Below, in pieces: positions 49,857 through 63,260 of a DNA stretch of 64,000 nucleotides. The notes beneath the pieces were generated by a model, which was not told the origin of the DNA, made no database searches, and saw nothing but the letters and a program-made list of their open reading frames with translations. This stretch comes from Lama guanicoe. Taxonomy: Eukaryota. Numbering within the stretch: position 1 is the stretch's first letter; every line of letters begins with the position of its first letter. The stretch is from the NCBI GenBank assembly GCA_013239625.1, contig MU053594.1, positions 2,608,127-2,672,126 of the forward strand, given 5' to 3'. The position numbers and the translations under genes are program-made.

Positions 49857-52800
49857 CAATCACGATGGCAGAGCAAGGGACTTGGTGCTCACCTCTTCCC
49901 AACAAAGGGATTAAAAAACACATTGAGATGTGGAGTGATTCTCACTGAAAACTAACTGGAAACTGGCAGAGGGACTCCTGTACAACCAAGGCTGTAAGAA
50001 AGATACACACTTAGTCAGGTAGGAAGGGGAGAAGAGCGATGCGGTCAGGATCTGTGCCCCTGGGAGGGGACTCAGAGGAAAATGGAGGTTACATGGGCAG
50101 ACACCCACCCTGGAGAGTGAGCAGTGAGAGCCACAGATTGAGGGCCCCAGCTCTGGGGCCCTGTGCAGGGTGGACGAGCCCCCTTAGCTGGCTGGAGGAC
50201 AACTAGGAGTACCAGGAGGGCTGTGGGAAATCTGGACTCCACTTGTGGGGAGCATGCATGTGCTGGCCCTTCCCCGAGGAGGGGCAGGGAGGAGTCTACT
50301 CTGGCAGATGCCATGTTTCTCATGACCACCTCTGTGTGCCCCCAGCCCCAGCCAAGCGAATGCTCCAGTCTTGCTCACTTCATGTCACAGCATGGCTGGA
50401 TCTGGGGCAGCCACAACCAGGGGGAAGACTAGACCATGAAACACAGAGACTACCCAGTCCCAGGGCAGAGCCTGGGTTGGGTGGTGGTGGCCATTGTTGG
50501 CATTTACTCAAGCAGCACATCAGAAACATTCCATAACTCTGACAGAGGCCACTTCTCCACAGCTTACCCCCCACAATACACATCAGGAGTCCAAGTGGCT
50601 CCCCTGCCCTGTGGTGTGGCTCCACAACTGAGTGGGGGCAGCAGAGGCTTGGGGGACTGATCAGCTGTGAGGGACAAAGGAGACTTGCACACAAGTCTGC
50701 ATATTGAGGGCAATATATAAAAAGGATCGCACACCATGATCAAGTTGGACTTATTCCAGGGACATAAGGATGGTTCAATATTCACAAATCAATGTGATAC
50801 ACATTTGATGTGATACACCACATTAACACAAGGAAAGATAAAAATAACATCATCACCCCAATAGACACAGAAAAAGCATTTGACAAAATCCAACATCCTT
50901 TCATGATAAAAACTCTCATCAAAGAGGATACAGAGGCAACATATCTCAACATAATAAAGGCCATTTATGACAAACTCATGGCTAACATCATACTCGATGG
51001 AGAAAAGTTGAAAGACTTTCCTTTAAATTTATAAACAAGACAAGGATTCCCACTCTCTCCACTTCTATTTAAAATAGTGTTGGAAATCCTGGTCACAGCA
51101 GTCAGACAAGAAAAGAAAGGGCATCCAAACTGGAAGGGAAGAAATAAAACTGTCACCATTTGCAGATGACACGATACTCTCTATGTAAGAAATCTTGAAG
51201 TCTTCGCCAAAAAACTATTAGAACTAATAAATGAATTCAGCAAAATTGTAGGATAAAAATTAATATACAGACATTTGTTGTTTTTGCATATGTTAATAAT
51301 GATCTATCAGAAAGAAGGTAAAGAATAATCCTATTTAAAAGCCCATGAAAAAGAATAAAATACCTAGGGGAAAAAATTAAACAAGGAGGTGAAAAACCTA
51401 TACTCTGAAAACTATAGAACATTGATGAATGAAACTGAAGATGTTACAAAGAAACAGAAAGATATCCTGTGCTCGTGGATTGGAAGAATTCATATCGTTA
51501 CAATGGCCACACTACCCGTAGCAATCTACATATTTAATGATATCCCTATCGAAATACCCATGACATTTATCACAGAACTAGAACAAATAATCCTAAAATT
51601 CACATCTAACCACAAGAGACCCCAATTGGCCAAAGCAATCTTGAGAGAAAAGAAGAAAGCTGGAATTTATCACTCTCCTAGACTTCAGACAATACCACAA
51701 AGCTACAGTAATCAAAACAGCATGGTATTGGCACAAAAACAGACACATAAGTTAATGGAATAGAATAGAGAGCCCCCAAATAAATCCATGCACCTATGGT
51801 CAATTAATCTACAAGAAAAGAGGCAAGAATATACAGTGGCGAAAAGACAGCCTCTTTAACAAGTGGTGTTGAAAAACTGGACAGCAATGTGCAAAAGAAT
51901 GAGACTATAACATTCTCTCACACCACATAAAAAATAAACTCAAAATGGGTTAAAGACCTACATGTAAGACCTGAAACTATAAAACTCCTAGAACAGATCA
52001 TAGGCAAAGTACTCTCTGACAAAAATCATAGCAATATATTTTTTGGATCTGTCTAAAAAGCAAAAATAAACAAATAAGATCTAATTAAACTTAAAGCATT
52101 TGCACAGCAAAGGAAAACCATCATCAAAATGAAAAGACCACCTATGGAATAGGAGAAAATATTTGCAAATGATTTGACAGACAGCAGTTAATATCCAAAA
52201 TACATGAACAGTTCCTACAACATCATAGAAACAGCCCAATCAAAAATGGGTGGATATAAATAGACATTTTTTTCAAAAAAGACATACAGATGGCTAACAG
52301 GCACATGAAAAGATGTTTAACATCACTAATTATTAGTGAAATGCAAATCAAAACCACAATGAGATATCCCCTCACAGCTGTCAGAATGGCTATCATCAAA
52401 TAGCCTGCAAATAACTAAAGTTGGCAAGAATGTGGAGAAAAGGGACCCCTTGTGCACTGTTGGTGAGATGTAAATTGATGCAGCCACTATGGAAAACAGT
52501 ATGGAGCAGCCTCAAAAATCTAAAAATAGAACTATCATGTGATTCAGCAACTCCACTCCTGGGTATGTATCTGGAAAAAATGAGAACACTAATTTAAAAA
52601 GATATACACACCCCAATGTTCATAGCAGCACTATTCCAATAGCCAAGATATGTAAGTAACCCAAGTGTCTACCAACAGATGAATGAATAAAGAATATATA
52701 TTAAGAATGTATTACTATATATTAGAATGTTATGCAGCCATTAAAAAGAATAAAATTCTACCATTTTCCGCAACATGGATTGATTTAGAGAATACTACGC

Positions 52801-53172
52801 TGAGTGACTTAAGTCAGACAGAGAAACACAAGCACTGTATATTATTACTATATGTGGAATCTACAAGATAAATCAAATGCATGTACATAGCAAAGCAGAA
52901 ACAGACTCACAGATATAGAAAACAAGCTAGTGATTACTAGCGGGGAGAGGGAGGAAGGAGGGGCAAGATGCGGGATGGGATTAAAAGATACAATATATGC
53001 AATCCTGTATATAAAACAGATAAGCAACAAGAATATATATTGTGTAGCACAGGGAATCATAGCCATTATCTTGCAATAATTTAGTACAGTATAATCTGTA
53101 AAAGCACTGAACACTATGCTGCTTACCTGAAACTAATATAATATTGTATATTAACTATTCTTCAATTAAAAA
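49857..53172 (+). mobile_element. L1 with intact 5' start and 3' end but lacking ORF1 and the 5' half of ORF2
   Basis: 5' UTR starts GATGGCAGAGCAAGGGACTTGGTGCTCACCTCTTCCC. RT-region ORF2 remnants (50810-51034 [18 protein letters not shown]; 51389-51763; 52683-52871) lead to a 3' UTR and A-tail. TSD at 49841-49856 and 53173-53188. Confidence 0.9.
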
Positions 53173-53539
53173 AAAACTCTCTCAAAATTAAAAAACTGTT
53201 TTTTTTTAAAGACTGTTATAAATAAGATTCTGGTGCACAAAAGGGCTAATCCAAGTAAACAGAACATACAAAATCCTGTATTAAAAGGTTTTTGAAATGG
53301 GAGGATCTGGCATTCTACATGTAATAAAGAGAATTGCATTTTACTTCGATTTTACAGATAGAGAAACTAAAGTTTAGAGAACTTTATTTGCCAAAGGTTA
53401 CCCAACTGGTGAGGTCATAGATAGCAAAAGTGGGTGACTGCGAATTACCACTGTGAACATTTTCTGGGCCTTAAATGTTTTATTATGGTGATTCTTAGGC
53501 CCAGGATAAGAGGTAAATAAAAGTTACAGATTTAAAAGG

Positions 53540-53870
53540 CTAGATATAACTACTACAAGTAAATTAATATTTTGAATGATCAAGATGATATCAAATCAGT
53601 GAGTAAAGGATAGCTTATTTAATAGTGTTCAGAGAGTTGATTCTATATTTGGGGGAAAAATCAAAATGAGGCATATCTCCTTCTCCAATTTACAGAAAAA
53701 TTGACTTAAAAGTGGGAAATGAAACCATGAAAGTGATAGAATAAAATTATTTTTTTATTATATTGTCTTGGTGTGTGCATATTTTTCTAAGAAAGATGCC
53801 AAAGGCAGAAGCTATAAAAAATATAGATTTACCTAAAGTAAAAGCAAAGACATTTTTTGCATCCAGAAAA
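53540..53870 (+). mobile_element. Ancient L1 ORF2 fragment
   Basis: AATCAGTGAGTAAAGGATAGCTTATTTAATAG...TTTCTAAGAAAGATGCCAAAGGCAGAAGCTATAAAAA. Confidence 0.6.
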
Positions 53871-55360
53871 CCACCCAGTATACAAAAAACCCTCAAGTTG
53901 CCCCTTTGTAGCCACATCCACTTCCCTTCTGCCCCCATTCCCTACTCAGTGCCTGGAAAACACTAATTTTTCTACATTATTATAATTTTGTCATTTCAAG
54001 AATGTTATATGTATGGAATACTACAGTATGTCACCTTTTGAAAAATGGCTTTTTTCACTCAACATAATTCCCTGGAGATTCATGCAGGCTGTTTCATGTA
54101 TCAATTATTCATTCATTTTTTATTGCTGAGTAGTATTCTATAGTGTGGATATAGCACAGTTTATTCAATTTTTCACCCATTAAAAGACATCTGGGTTGTT
54201 TCCTTTTTTTTGGCTATTATAAATAAAGTTACTACAAACATTTATGGACAGGTTTTTGTGTGGACATATGTCTTATTTTCTCTGTAATAAATTCCTAGGA
54301 GTAAACTTCTGGGTTGTATGATAGTTCCATGTTTAGTTTTTAAAGAAACTGACAAACTGTTTTTCAGGGTCTCCATATCATTTTACAGTCCCACCAGAAA
54401 TCCATGAGTGATTCAGTTTCTGTGCAATCCCTCCAGATTTGGTGCTTGTCATTATTAATTTTTTTTTAATGTCAACTGTTTTGATGGTATTCGGTGATAT
54501 CTGTCTCTGGTTTCAACTTGCGTTTCCCCGAAGGCTAACGATGTTGAACGTCTTTCATGTGCTTGTCAGCCATTTGTGTACACTCTTCAGTGAAATGTCT
54601 TTTGCCCATTATCTAATTGTATCATTTCTTTTTCACTGTTCAGTTTTGAGTATTCTTTATATATTCTGGGTACTAGTCCTTTGTCAGTGATGTGCTTTGT
54701 AAGTTTTCTCTCATTCTAGCTTGCCTTTTCATCTTCTTAACATGGTCTTTCACAGAGTAAATGTTTCAATTTTGATGAACTTCAGTTTATCACTTTTTTT
54801 TTTAATGGGTCATCCTTCTGGTATCCAGTCAAAGAAATCATTGCCTAGCCCTATACCCTGAAGATTTTCTCCATGTTTTTCCCTAAAAGTTTTATAATTT
54901 TACATTTTAAATTTAACTCAATGATGAATTTTGGGTCATATTTTGTATAAAATATGAGCCCTAAATATAAGTCTGCCTCTTTGTTTGCATTACTAATGTC
55001 CACTTGCTCCAGTAATATTTATTGAAAAGCTATTGCCTCCATGGAATTTGCTTTTATGTCTTGGTCAAAAATAACAGGCATATTTGCGTGGATCTATTTT
55101 TCTGAGATTTCTTTTTTGTTCCTTAATCTACTTGTCTATCTCTCCCATAATGCTGCAATCTTTATTGCTGTAGTATTAAGTCTTAAAGTCGGGTACATTG
55201 CATTTTTCTAAAACATTGTTTTAGCTATTCTAGTTCCTTTTCCTTTCCATATACATTTTAGAATAATATTGTCTATCTATGTAAAAGTCTTGCTTGGATT
55301 TTGGAGGGAGTTGGATTAATCACATACATCTTAATTTAGGGAGAACTGACATCTTTAAGG
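53870..55360 (-). mobile_element. L1MC-type element, ORF2 3' part plus 3' UTR
   Basis: GTCATTTCAAGAATGTTATATGTATGGAAT...TTCATGTGCTTGTCAGCCATTTG...TAGCTATTCTAGTTCCTTTTCCTTTCCATATACATTTTAGAAT. Confidence 0.9.
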
Positions 55361-56815
55361 ATGTTTTTGGTTATCATTAAATTCTGGGTTGACAGGCTTT
55401 TTGTTCAGCACTTGAAAAAGCTATTGTGTCATTTTCTTCTAGACTCCATGGTTTCTGATGAGAAATCCACTACATTTAAATTGTCTTTCCTGTATAGGGA
55501 AGGTTTTGTTCTTTTCTGGGTGCTTTTGAGATTTTTCTTTCTGTCTTTACTTTTTAGAAGTTTAATTATGTATCTTGGTATAGATTCATTTAGGTTTATC
55601 CTGTTTGGGTTGCTCAGCATCTTGAATTTGTACATTATTATCTCAACAAATTTGTGGAGATTTCGGCCACCATTTCTTTGAGCACTTTTTTCAGCCATGC
55701 CCTCTTTCTCCTCTTTTCTGGGACCCCAGTGACATGTGAGTGTTAGATCTTTTGTTACAGTCCCATAGCTCTGTTAACTTTTTTTTTTCTTCTCCGGACT
55801 ATATTCTTCCTGTTGTTCAAATTAGATAATTTCTACTATTCATATTCTAAGTCACTGACTTCCATTCTCTGTCTCCTCCATTCTAATGTTGAATGCATGC
55901 ATTGAACATTTTACTACAGTTACTGTATTTTCCATTTGGATCTTCTTAATATGTTCTATTACCTTGTTGAGACTTCCAACTTATTTGCTGGGGATTCCTA
56001 CTTTTTTCACATTTTCCAAGTGTGTTCAGAATTGCTCACATAGTCATTTTTATAATAGCCGCTTTAAACTCTTTGTCACATAATTACAAAATCTCTGTCA
56101 TCTCAGTGTTAACCTTTATTGATTTTCTTTTCTCATTAGTTTGAGACATTCTTGGTTCATGGTATAAGTGACATTTGATTAAAGCCTGGATAATTTTCAT
56201 ATTATGCCATGAGACTCTGAATCTTGCTTAAACCTTCTGACACTGCTCCAGCAAAAGAAGGAGAGCACCACCTCGTTGCTGCTGGGTGGGAGTTCCAATT
56301 CCCTGCGTGTTCTCCACTAACCCTGCGGTGCAGGTGGCCTCAGGACTGTTGGATAATGAAGAAAGCTCTGGCTTCCCTCTTGGACTTTTCTGACATCACC
56401 TTGGAGATGCTTTGGGGGCATCTCATTACAGCCTCGCAAAGGTGGAAGTCTAACCTTCCTCCTTATCCTTTTCCACCATTTGTGGAGGTGATGATTCGCT
56501 GCAGTAGAGCAGTTACCGTCTAAAAGTTTTCTGTCTTGCTCAGCTGCCTTCTTCCTGGACTTTTGGCTACAAGGATCAAGCATACATTGGGGATGGTTGT
56601 CTTTGTCTGTTGCCATCTCCAAGTTTCCAGTTTCTTCAACTGCAAATCTGGAATACAGGAGGGAAAGAGAAAGCTCAGAGAACACACCCCTGTGTCTTCC
56701 TTCATATTCCAAGACCCCCAGTTGATCAGCTTTCTTTTCTTTATCTTTCCAAGTCTTCTTATGCTTGTTCTACACATAACATCCAGGGCTTTTGGTTATA
56801 CTTAGTGAGAGGGAT
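55360..56815 (-). mobile_element. Old L1 ORF1 and 5' region
   Basis: ORF 55429-55698 (PNRINLNESIPRYIIKLLKSKDRKKNLK...DFSSETMESRRK) is homologous to the L1 ORF1p RRM/CTD region. Confidence 0.85.
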
Positions 56816-56929
56816 ATTAAATCTATTCCATATTCCCAGGTGTGGAAGACCCAATATTGTTTTTATTCATATCTATTTTTAGAGGGTGACCTTGGAAGGC
56901 TAGATGTCTTTCAGAAACTTGAACTGTAC

Positions 56930-57075
56930 ATGTACTATGTCATTTACTCTTGGAACAATACCACAATGGAACTAATGTCTTTTCAGTGAGAGATGGAGGC
57001 TCAGAGAGATAAAGCAAATTGTCCAAGATTATACAGCTAATAAGTAAAAGGCCAGAATTCTAACCCAGTTCTCTT
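56930..57075 (-). mobile_element. MIR SINE
   Basis: GATGGAGGCTCAGAGAGATAAAGCAAATTGTCCAAGATTATACAGCTAATAAGT...AATTCTAACCCAG. Confidence 0.8.
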
Positions 57076-58861
57076 TAAGAGAGAAAACAACACAATGTCT
57101 GTAATTTCTGGGCTCTGATCTGTCCCTGGCACCTTTTTTTTAAATCTTTGCTAACTTTTACAGAACATTCAAATATGTAATAGGAATTTAGATATAGGGT
57201 GTGTGTGTATTTAAGTATGTAAAGCAAAGGTTCCCATCAGTTGGCAGCATGAGGGACAGTATCGGCACGTAAGGTAACAAAGAGCCTAAGAGACAGAGGT
57301 TCCACGACAGCCTGAGTCTCCTGAGAATTTACACAGATATTGACGTTGGAAGCAGGTAGGGTGTGTTCAAGACATTTTTATTTACCTAGAGCTTAAAGAT
57401 AGTCCACTCTACCCAGGTGAACGCTGATTCTTTAAGATGCATGGCAATGAGACTGCTATGTGAGATATATCTGTGAATTAAGGGAAACAAAAAATCTGAT
57501 GCTCACTCCCCACTCTAAAGGAAAGGGCAACCTGCCCCAGGACACACCCAGCTTTAAAGCCAAGGAAAGAACCCATGTCTCCTGATTCACAGGTATTTCT
57601 GCTCTAAAGGGTAAACTCAGGACTGTTTTTGCTTCTCGAGGGTAAAAGATATGAAGAATATTATTTGGCCTACATAGATAGAAGAAAATGTACTGCTTCC
57701 TATTAGTCATTTACATGTCTCTTTTTAATGTAGAACAAAATGATTAATTCTGATGACCTAGGCTTCTCTAGAATAGATAAATTCTGTATGCTTAGGATAA
57801 AATGTGGGTCAGGATGAATTTATTTGGATTATTCATTCGCCATTTCATTGCATAAGATTTCTTCAAGAGGCCTTCCAATGTTTCAAGTAAGCATGACTTT
57901 GGAATCTGTCCAATCCTAGCCCACTGGGAAAGCTGCATTACTTTTCCAGTGTGCTGATAAGTTCTATGACCCTGGGTCCCATGAGCATTGATGGTGAGCT
58001 GCCAAAAGTCAAAGGCTACAATACTGCCCAGGAAAGCCACCCTCTAAGGGTCTTTGTCCTTTTTGAACAGAGTGAACTTTGATTTCTCACTGTTCTCAGC
58101 CTTTTCACAAGATCACATTTTATCACTGGCTCTGATAAGCCTAATGTCACTTGAAAAAGTACGTGTTGCAAATAAGAAATTAATAAAAAGGCAAAAGGGG
58201 ATTGTATTAATTGAATTAGTAAGTTAAACATGGTAATGTAGTTGTTTTTGGTGTTTTGATTAAAACATTAGCACTGACAGACTCAAACTTCTGGAATTTA
58301 TTTAAAAGTTTTAATGATCTCACTTCAGGATGATGTGTGCATTCTGATTCCCAGCTCTTGTTCCTTTCAGAGTGACCAAATGTAAAGGGAAGTATCAGAT
58401 GGCACGGCCCAGCAGAAGTACTCTGTAGGTAACAACTGAAACTGTCACCCTTGTCTCAATCCTGTCTTGAAGGGACAGGGCATGTCCTTTTAGGAAGAAA
58501 CTCAAAAGAAAAGGCGGTGTTGGGGGGAGGTCTGTGTAGTAGGAAGAAATTTCTCTTTAATTACAAATGTGTCTTTAAAATATCTTTTCAATTAGGACTG
58601 CATTCCCTAGTTCCTGGCCCTCGAATCTGCCAACACCATCAGCAGTGTACTAGACTCATGGGTTCTTCTTTGCCAGACAGCCACAGTAAAAAGCAAATGC
58701 AACTTTGACTTAAGAATGACCTTGATGGAGCAGTAAAAATTATTAATTTGTAGATAATTAATAAATTATTAATAAATAATCAACTACTTTAGAATAAAAT
58801 TGTGATTAATAAAATAATGCATTATAAAATAACTATTTTTAATAAATTATTAAAATCATTT

Positions 58862-59852
58862 AACCCTTGGTTACTCATCTTTGTATTATTCTGTGTTGTG
58901 AAATGGGAAGTGTACAGAAAGGAATTTTGATGCATAGCAGAGTATATTTGTCCCAAGATAAAGTACTTGTGTAATTATTTGTGCAATGAGCAAAACTGGT
59001 GTCTTTTTCATGAAATACCATTTTGACGTGGAAGAATGACTGACAGACAAACTATCATTATTCAGACTTGTGTATTTTTTCAAAATGAACTTATCCTTCC
59101 AAGGAAAACAACTGGCAGCATGCCTTGCCAATGCTAAAAGTTTTAACTTTCCAGCAAAAATTAGAAACTCATATCTCCCACCACAAGCTTGACAGCTTCC
59201 CAATATTTAAAGACTTTTCTGATGAGGTTGGCAATGATATAAAATTTTATATTGTATGATAAAATATATTATCGTTTTGAAAGTCTGTCTAACTCAATGA
59301 ACCAATATTTTGAAAATGATCAATGCATGATGTCAAAAAATCATGAATGGTGACAGACCTATTTAATGCAAGACTGACCAGTGGACATGAACATCACAAG
59401 GTAAGGAAATTTCATGGATGTGGTTCAGATTCCACACTGCAACTAACCTTTAAGGAGCTACTCCTTGTCGAGCCTTCCTGTTTCCCACCACGTATTTGTA
59501 TGAGGCCAATTTCTTCACATTAACATATCACAAGCAACTGAATACAGAACCAGATACGGGAATTCAACTCTTTTCTATGAAACCAAACATTAAAGAGAGT
59601 TGCGAAAATGGAAAAAAGAAAGCTACTTTTCTCACTAATTTGTTGGGCAGTTTCAGAAAATGTAGTTATTTTCTGAACATGTTATATGTTTATTATTTTT
59701 TTAATGTTAATAGATCTGTAAATTTTTTCTGCCTTAATTTCTAATGTAATAAAATATAGCTCCATATTACCTACATAAACAAAAGCTGTTGGAGGTAAAC
59801 CATAATTTTAGGGATGTAAAGAGATCCTGATACCAAAAGTTTGAGAACCACC
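58862..59852 (+). mobile_element. Charlie1-type hAT DNA transposon, 3' part
   Basis: TTCTGTGTTGTGAAATGGGAAG...ACAGACAAACTATCATTATTCAGACTTG...CAAGGAAAACAACTG..., ending GATCCTGATACCAAAAGTTTGAGAACCAC. Confidence 0.8.
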
Positions 59853-60159
59853 TCTAAAGATCACCTCTACAATGTTTTTCCTATTCAGCTTTTAGGGGAA
59901 AAAAATAGTATGATTATTTTTAGGGGGCATATTTGGATTTTGGTTTTGTCTTGGTTATAAGAGTAAGCAAGCTGGTGTTTGTCTGCTTTCTGGACAAGGG
60001 GAGAAGGAAGAGGGCTGCTTTGCTCAGAAACTCTGCCCTGAGGTCTACCGTCGTGGCCTTGAACCAAACCAAATTTAGGAGGGGCCTCTGCACAGAGACT
60101 CAACCCAGTTGCATCGTATGATGTGATCTTCCTGGCTTTCTACTGCAAATCTGCTCAGC

Positions 60160-60850
60160 AAATACCTCAATTCAACAAAAAGTTATTAAGCACCTACCCA
60201 AGGCAGAAATAACTGGGCTTTTGAGAAGGCACGTCCAGTAGGATATGGCGCTAACAGCATAGTCTATGGAGAGACATAAAATATAATTGAAAACTTGTAT
60301 GTGGTGCTAGGCACTATTCTAACAACTTTCTTCCTGATTTTTAAAAATTTAATCTGCACAACTCCCCTATTTTAGAATAATTCCCATTTATAAGAGGAGA
60401 AAATGGAGGTCTGAGAAAGATTAGTATCTTGCTTAACATCACAGTAAGCCACAGAGGTGGAAGAAAAACCCAGATGTATTTGATATAAAGGTCTGAAATT
60501 GAATAGTCCCTGGAGATGATGATATTAGAAATGCTATAAGAGGTCAGAGTGAGAGGAAAAGCCTAATTACAAGAGGCGAAACCCTGGCATCGAGCTGGAA
60601 CTTGAAGGAAATGTAGACCTTCTGCTGGAGGTTCTCTGCAGGGAGGGAAGTGCAGTCCAGGCAGAGGTTACTGCTTGAGCAAAGGTCTGGCACATCTGGA
60701 ATATCATGACTTGAGTTTGGAAAAGTACATAGAAAGAAACTGGGGAAAGCTTTCAAAGGGAGGCTGGAGATTTTTAGACTTTGTTCAAGAAGGGTGGCAG
60801 CTTTACAGGACTTTGCAAAGGGAGGTGGCCTGCTCCCAGCCGTGCCTTAG
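60160..60850 (-). mobile_element. L2 fragments with a nested MIR (about 60295-60500)
   Basis: TTCAACAAAAAGTTATTAAGCACCTAC (L2 tail); CCCATTTTATAAGAGGAGAAAATGGAGGTCTGAGA (MIR); GAGCAAAGGTCTGG (L2). Confidence 0.6.
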
Positions 60851-62899
60851 AGCGAGAAGGTGTGCACCATCAGACAGCTGCGTTCGCTTGGCCACAGAGA
60901 GCTCAAGGGCTGTAACCCTTTCTCCAAAGAAATTAGTAACAATTTCATCTGCAATAGGCCAGAGATTCTGTCCATTTGGCATTGGGATATTGTGTGTGGC
61001 TTTGTTTTACAAACTTTGGCCTTGACTCCCTAACGCAAAGCAGAGACCAGGTTGTGACTCCCCCAGCAGCAGGAAGCTCCCTGCCAACTGTCAAACCAAG
61101 TTCTCAAAGACAAGCCTTCTTTCTGCCCTGACCGCCTTCTCTCTTGCATTCTCCCTTCCAGCGGCGGGTGTTAACCTATCAAAATCTCCTTTGAATGCTT
61201 GCAGGAAGTTGGTTTTTAACCAGGGGAAGTCTCAAGCAAGCCCCAGCAGGGTCAGAAACCAAGAAGGAGGAAGTCTTGTAGCATCCATCTATAACCCCTC
61301 GGGCTGCCACCTACATGTCCCTGCAGAGAGCCGAGGTCTCCATTTAGAAATCTTCTAGGAGGCTGCTGAGTGAGATGCTGGTTCCAAGCACATCTATGAC
61401 TTACTGATACTGGTGGCTTGCAATCATAAAAACAACATGCAATTATAGCATTTAAAATGAAAACAAAATGCAAATCAAGGTATTCAAAAATCAAAAACTA
61501 AATATACAGGAACACCTGCTAATCTTTGTGGAAACTAGGGAGGAGTGGTGATGAAACACTGTTTAAATTGTAAACCACTTGAAAAAAATCATAATTTTAG
61601 GAAGCCTTCTCATGTAGGGTCCACATATAAAAACCAGGTCATAAAAACCCAACTAGAACCACCCACTCTTTGGGGGAGCCAGTAACTGTAGATCTGAGCC
61701 TTGTGTTTATTTATTTTTTTCTTAACTTTTTAGAGTTGTGTTTAACAGCCCAAGGAAACTAACAAAGAAGTAAATAATTTCTTCCCCAGGTGGAGATAAT
61801 CAAAGGAAAGCGACAAGAGGAAAGTTCTCAGCACCTGTATGAGAACATAAACATCTTTGCTCTAAGGACAGATGGCTCTGATATGTGAAAAGAGAAGACA
61901 AGCCAGGAAGAACAATGGGAAATTCTGAAGTAGTTGCAAACCACATGGCAGGAGCGAAATACCTCTATTGAGGATGAATTTATTTTTGGAGACATTTACT
62001 TGAATTCTGAAACAACTCGAGTCTCTTGAAAACAGTTCTCTTCATTGAAAAGTTTTAATTTTTCTTTTGCAAAGCATTGGATCTTTTGTATCCATTGAAA
62101 ACACAGGTAAGCCATTTCATGTCCTTCTCAGCAAATAGTTTTTGATTTTGTTGTCAATCGGAAATCCCTGGCTTCCCTTTCTTACAGTATAATGTCAATG
62201 ACTACAAACACAAGTGGTTTTCAAGTTTAAGCTGAACTTTTTCAGGTCATTTTATCTTTAACTTTCAGCTCTCCTGCTTTGCCAATTACAGAAACTCTAG
62301 GCTGACGTAGACGAACTAGAAAGATGGCTTGATTTTTTTTAAATTTGCCATGGCATTGAGTCAACATACCATCCTTCTGATTTTTGTTTTCAGCAGAAAG
62401 ATGGTTTGCAGATGGCTGATAGGGAACTCCTGGCAGATATCATAAATGTGGTGACCTGAGAAATCAACGTTGACACGAGAAGGGCCTGATGATGGAAGGG
62501 ACACTTCTATTTGTCCACATTGGTGTATCCAATAGAAATGGCCAGCTGGCCAGCAGTGTGGCAAGCAGAACATCATGTTAAGAGTAGTAAATATCAGACT
62601 AGGAAGAAAGAATGGGAATATCTGGGATCCGTCTCCAGGAAACTTGGAATACATACAGGGAAGATGTCCAAGAAACTTGGAAGTGATGGCTTTTCCTTAT
62701 AACTGGATATACAATTATGTGAGGATCAACATTTCCTGGTCTCTGGTACTGTTGGTTTGTTATAACTTCCTCACTAACCACAACTTTGTGTGCACCATCC
62801 ATGCACCCAGAATCCCACAGTCTCACTGCTTTGGGATAATGTTTCACTGCCTTGGTTTGATATTTGGAGTCCTACACGGTTGAATCCCCATTAGCTAGT

Positions 62900-63260
62900 C
62901 CAGCGTGAAAAACCGCTGGAATGCTGAGTGTGGAAGGATGAATAAAATTGCATTAGGCCAAGATGGTTAAGGAAGAAGAGACTCGAGGTGCAAGTCAGAG
63001 AAAGGCAAAAATGTGGAAGCTTAGCAGGGCAGGGTGTGTTTGGAGAATGGCAAGTTATACAGTGTGGCTGGAGCATAAGACGTGTGGAGGGGCTCAGGAA
63101 GGAGGAACTCTCAAAAGAGTCGTGTAACATAGGGTCTTGTGAGCCACACTAATGAGGGTGAGTTTCATTTCTGTAGCCGTTGGAGCAAACAGCAGAGGTT
63201 TGTGCAAGGAAAGGTGTTATAATCAATGCTAAGTTTTAAAAAGTGACTGAAATTGCCAGA
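62900..63260 (-). mobile_element. L2 fragment
   Basis: GTGTGTTTGGAGAATGGCAAG...AGTGTGGCTGGAGCA...GTCTTGTGAGCCACACTAATGAG. Confidence 0.65.

Noticed and set aside
50792..50818. ATGTGATACAC direct repeat
   Set aside because: Small slippage duplication inside a dead L1.
50810..52871. L1 ORF2 ORFs as a functional reverse transcriptase
   Set aside because: Fragmented by stops and frameshifts; ORF1 and the endonuclease are missing.
58735..58862. AT-rich TAAT/ATTA tract
   Set aside because: Low-complexity sequence without periodic structure.
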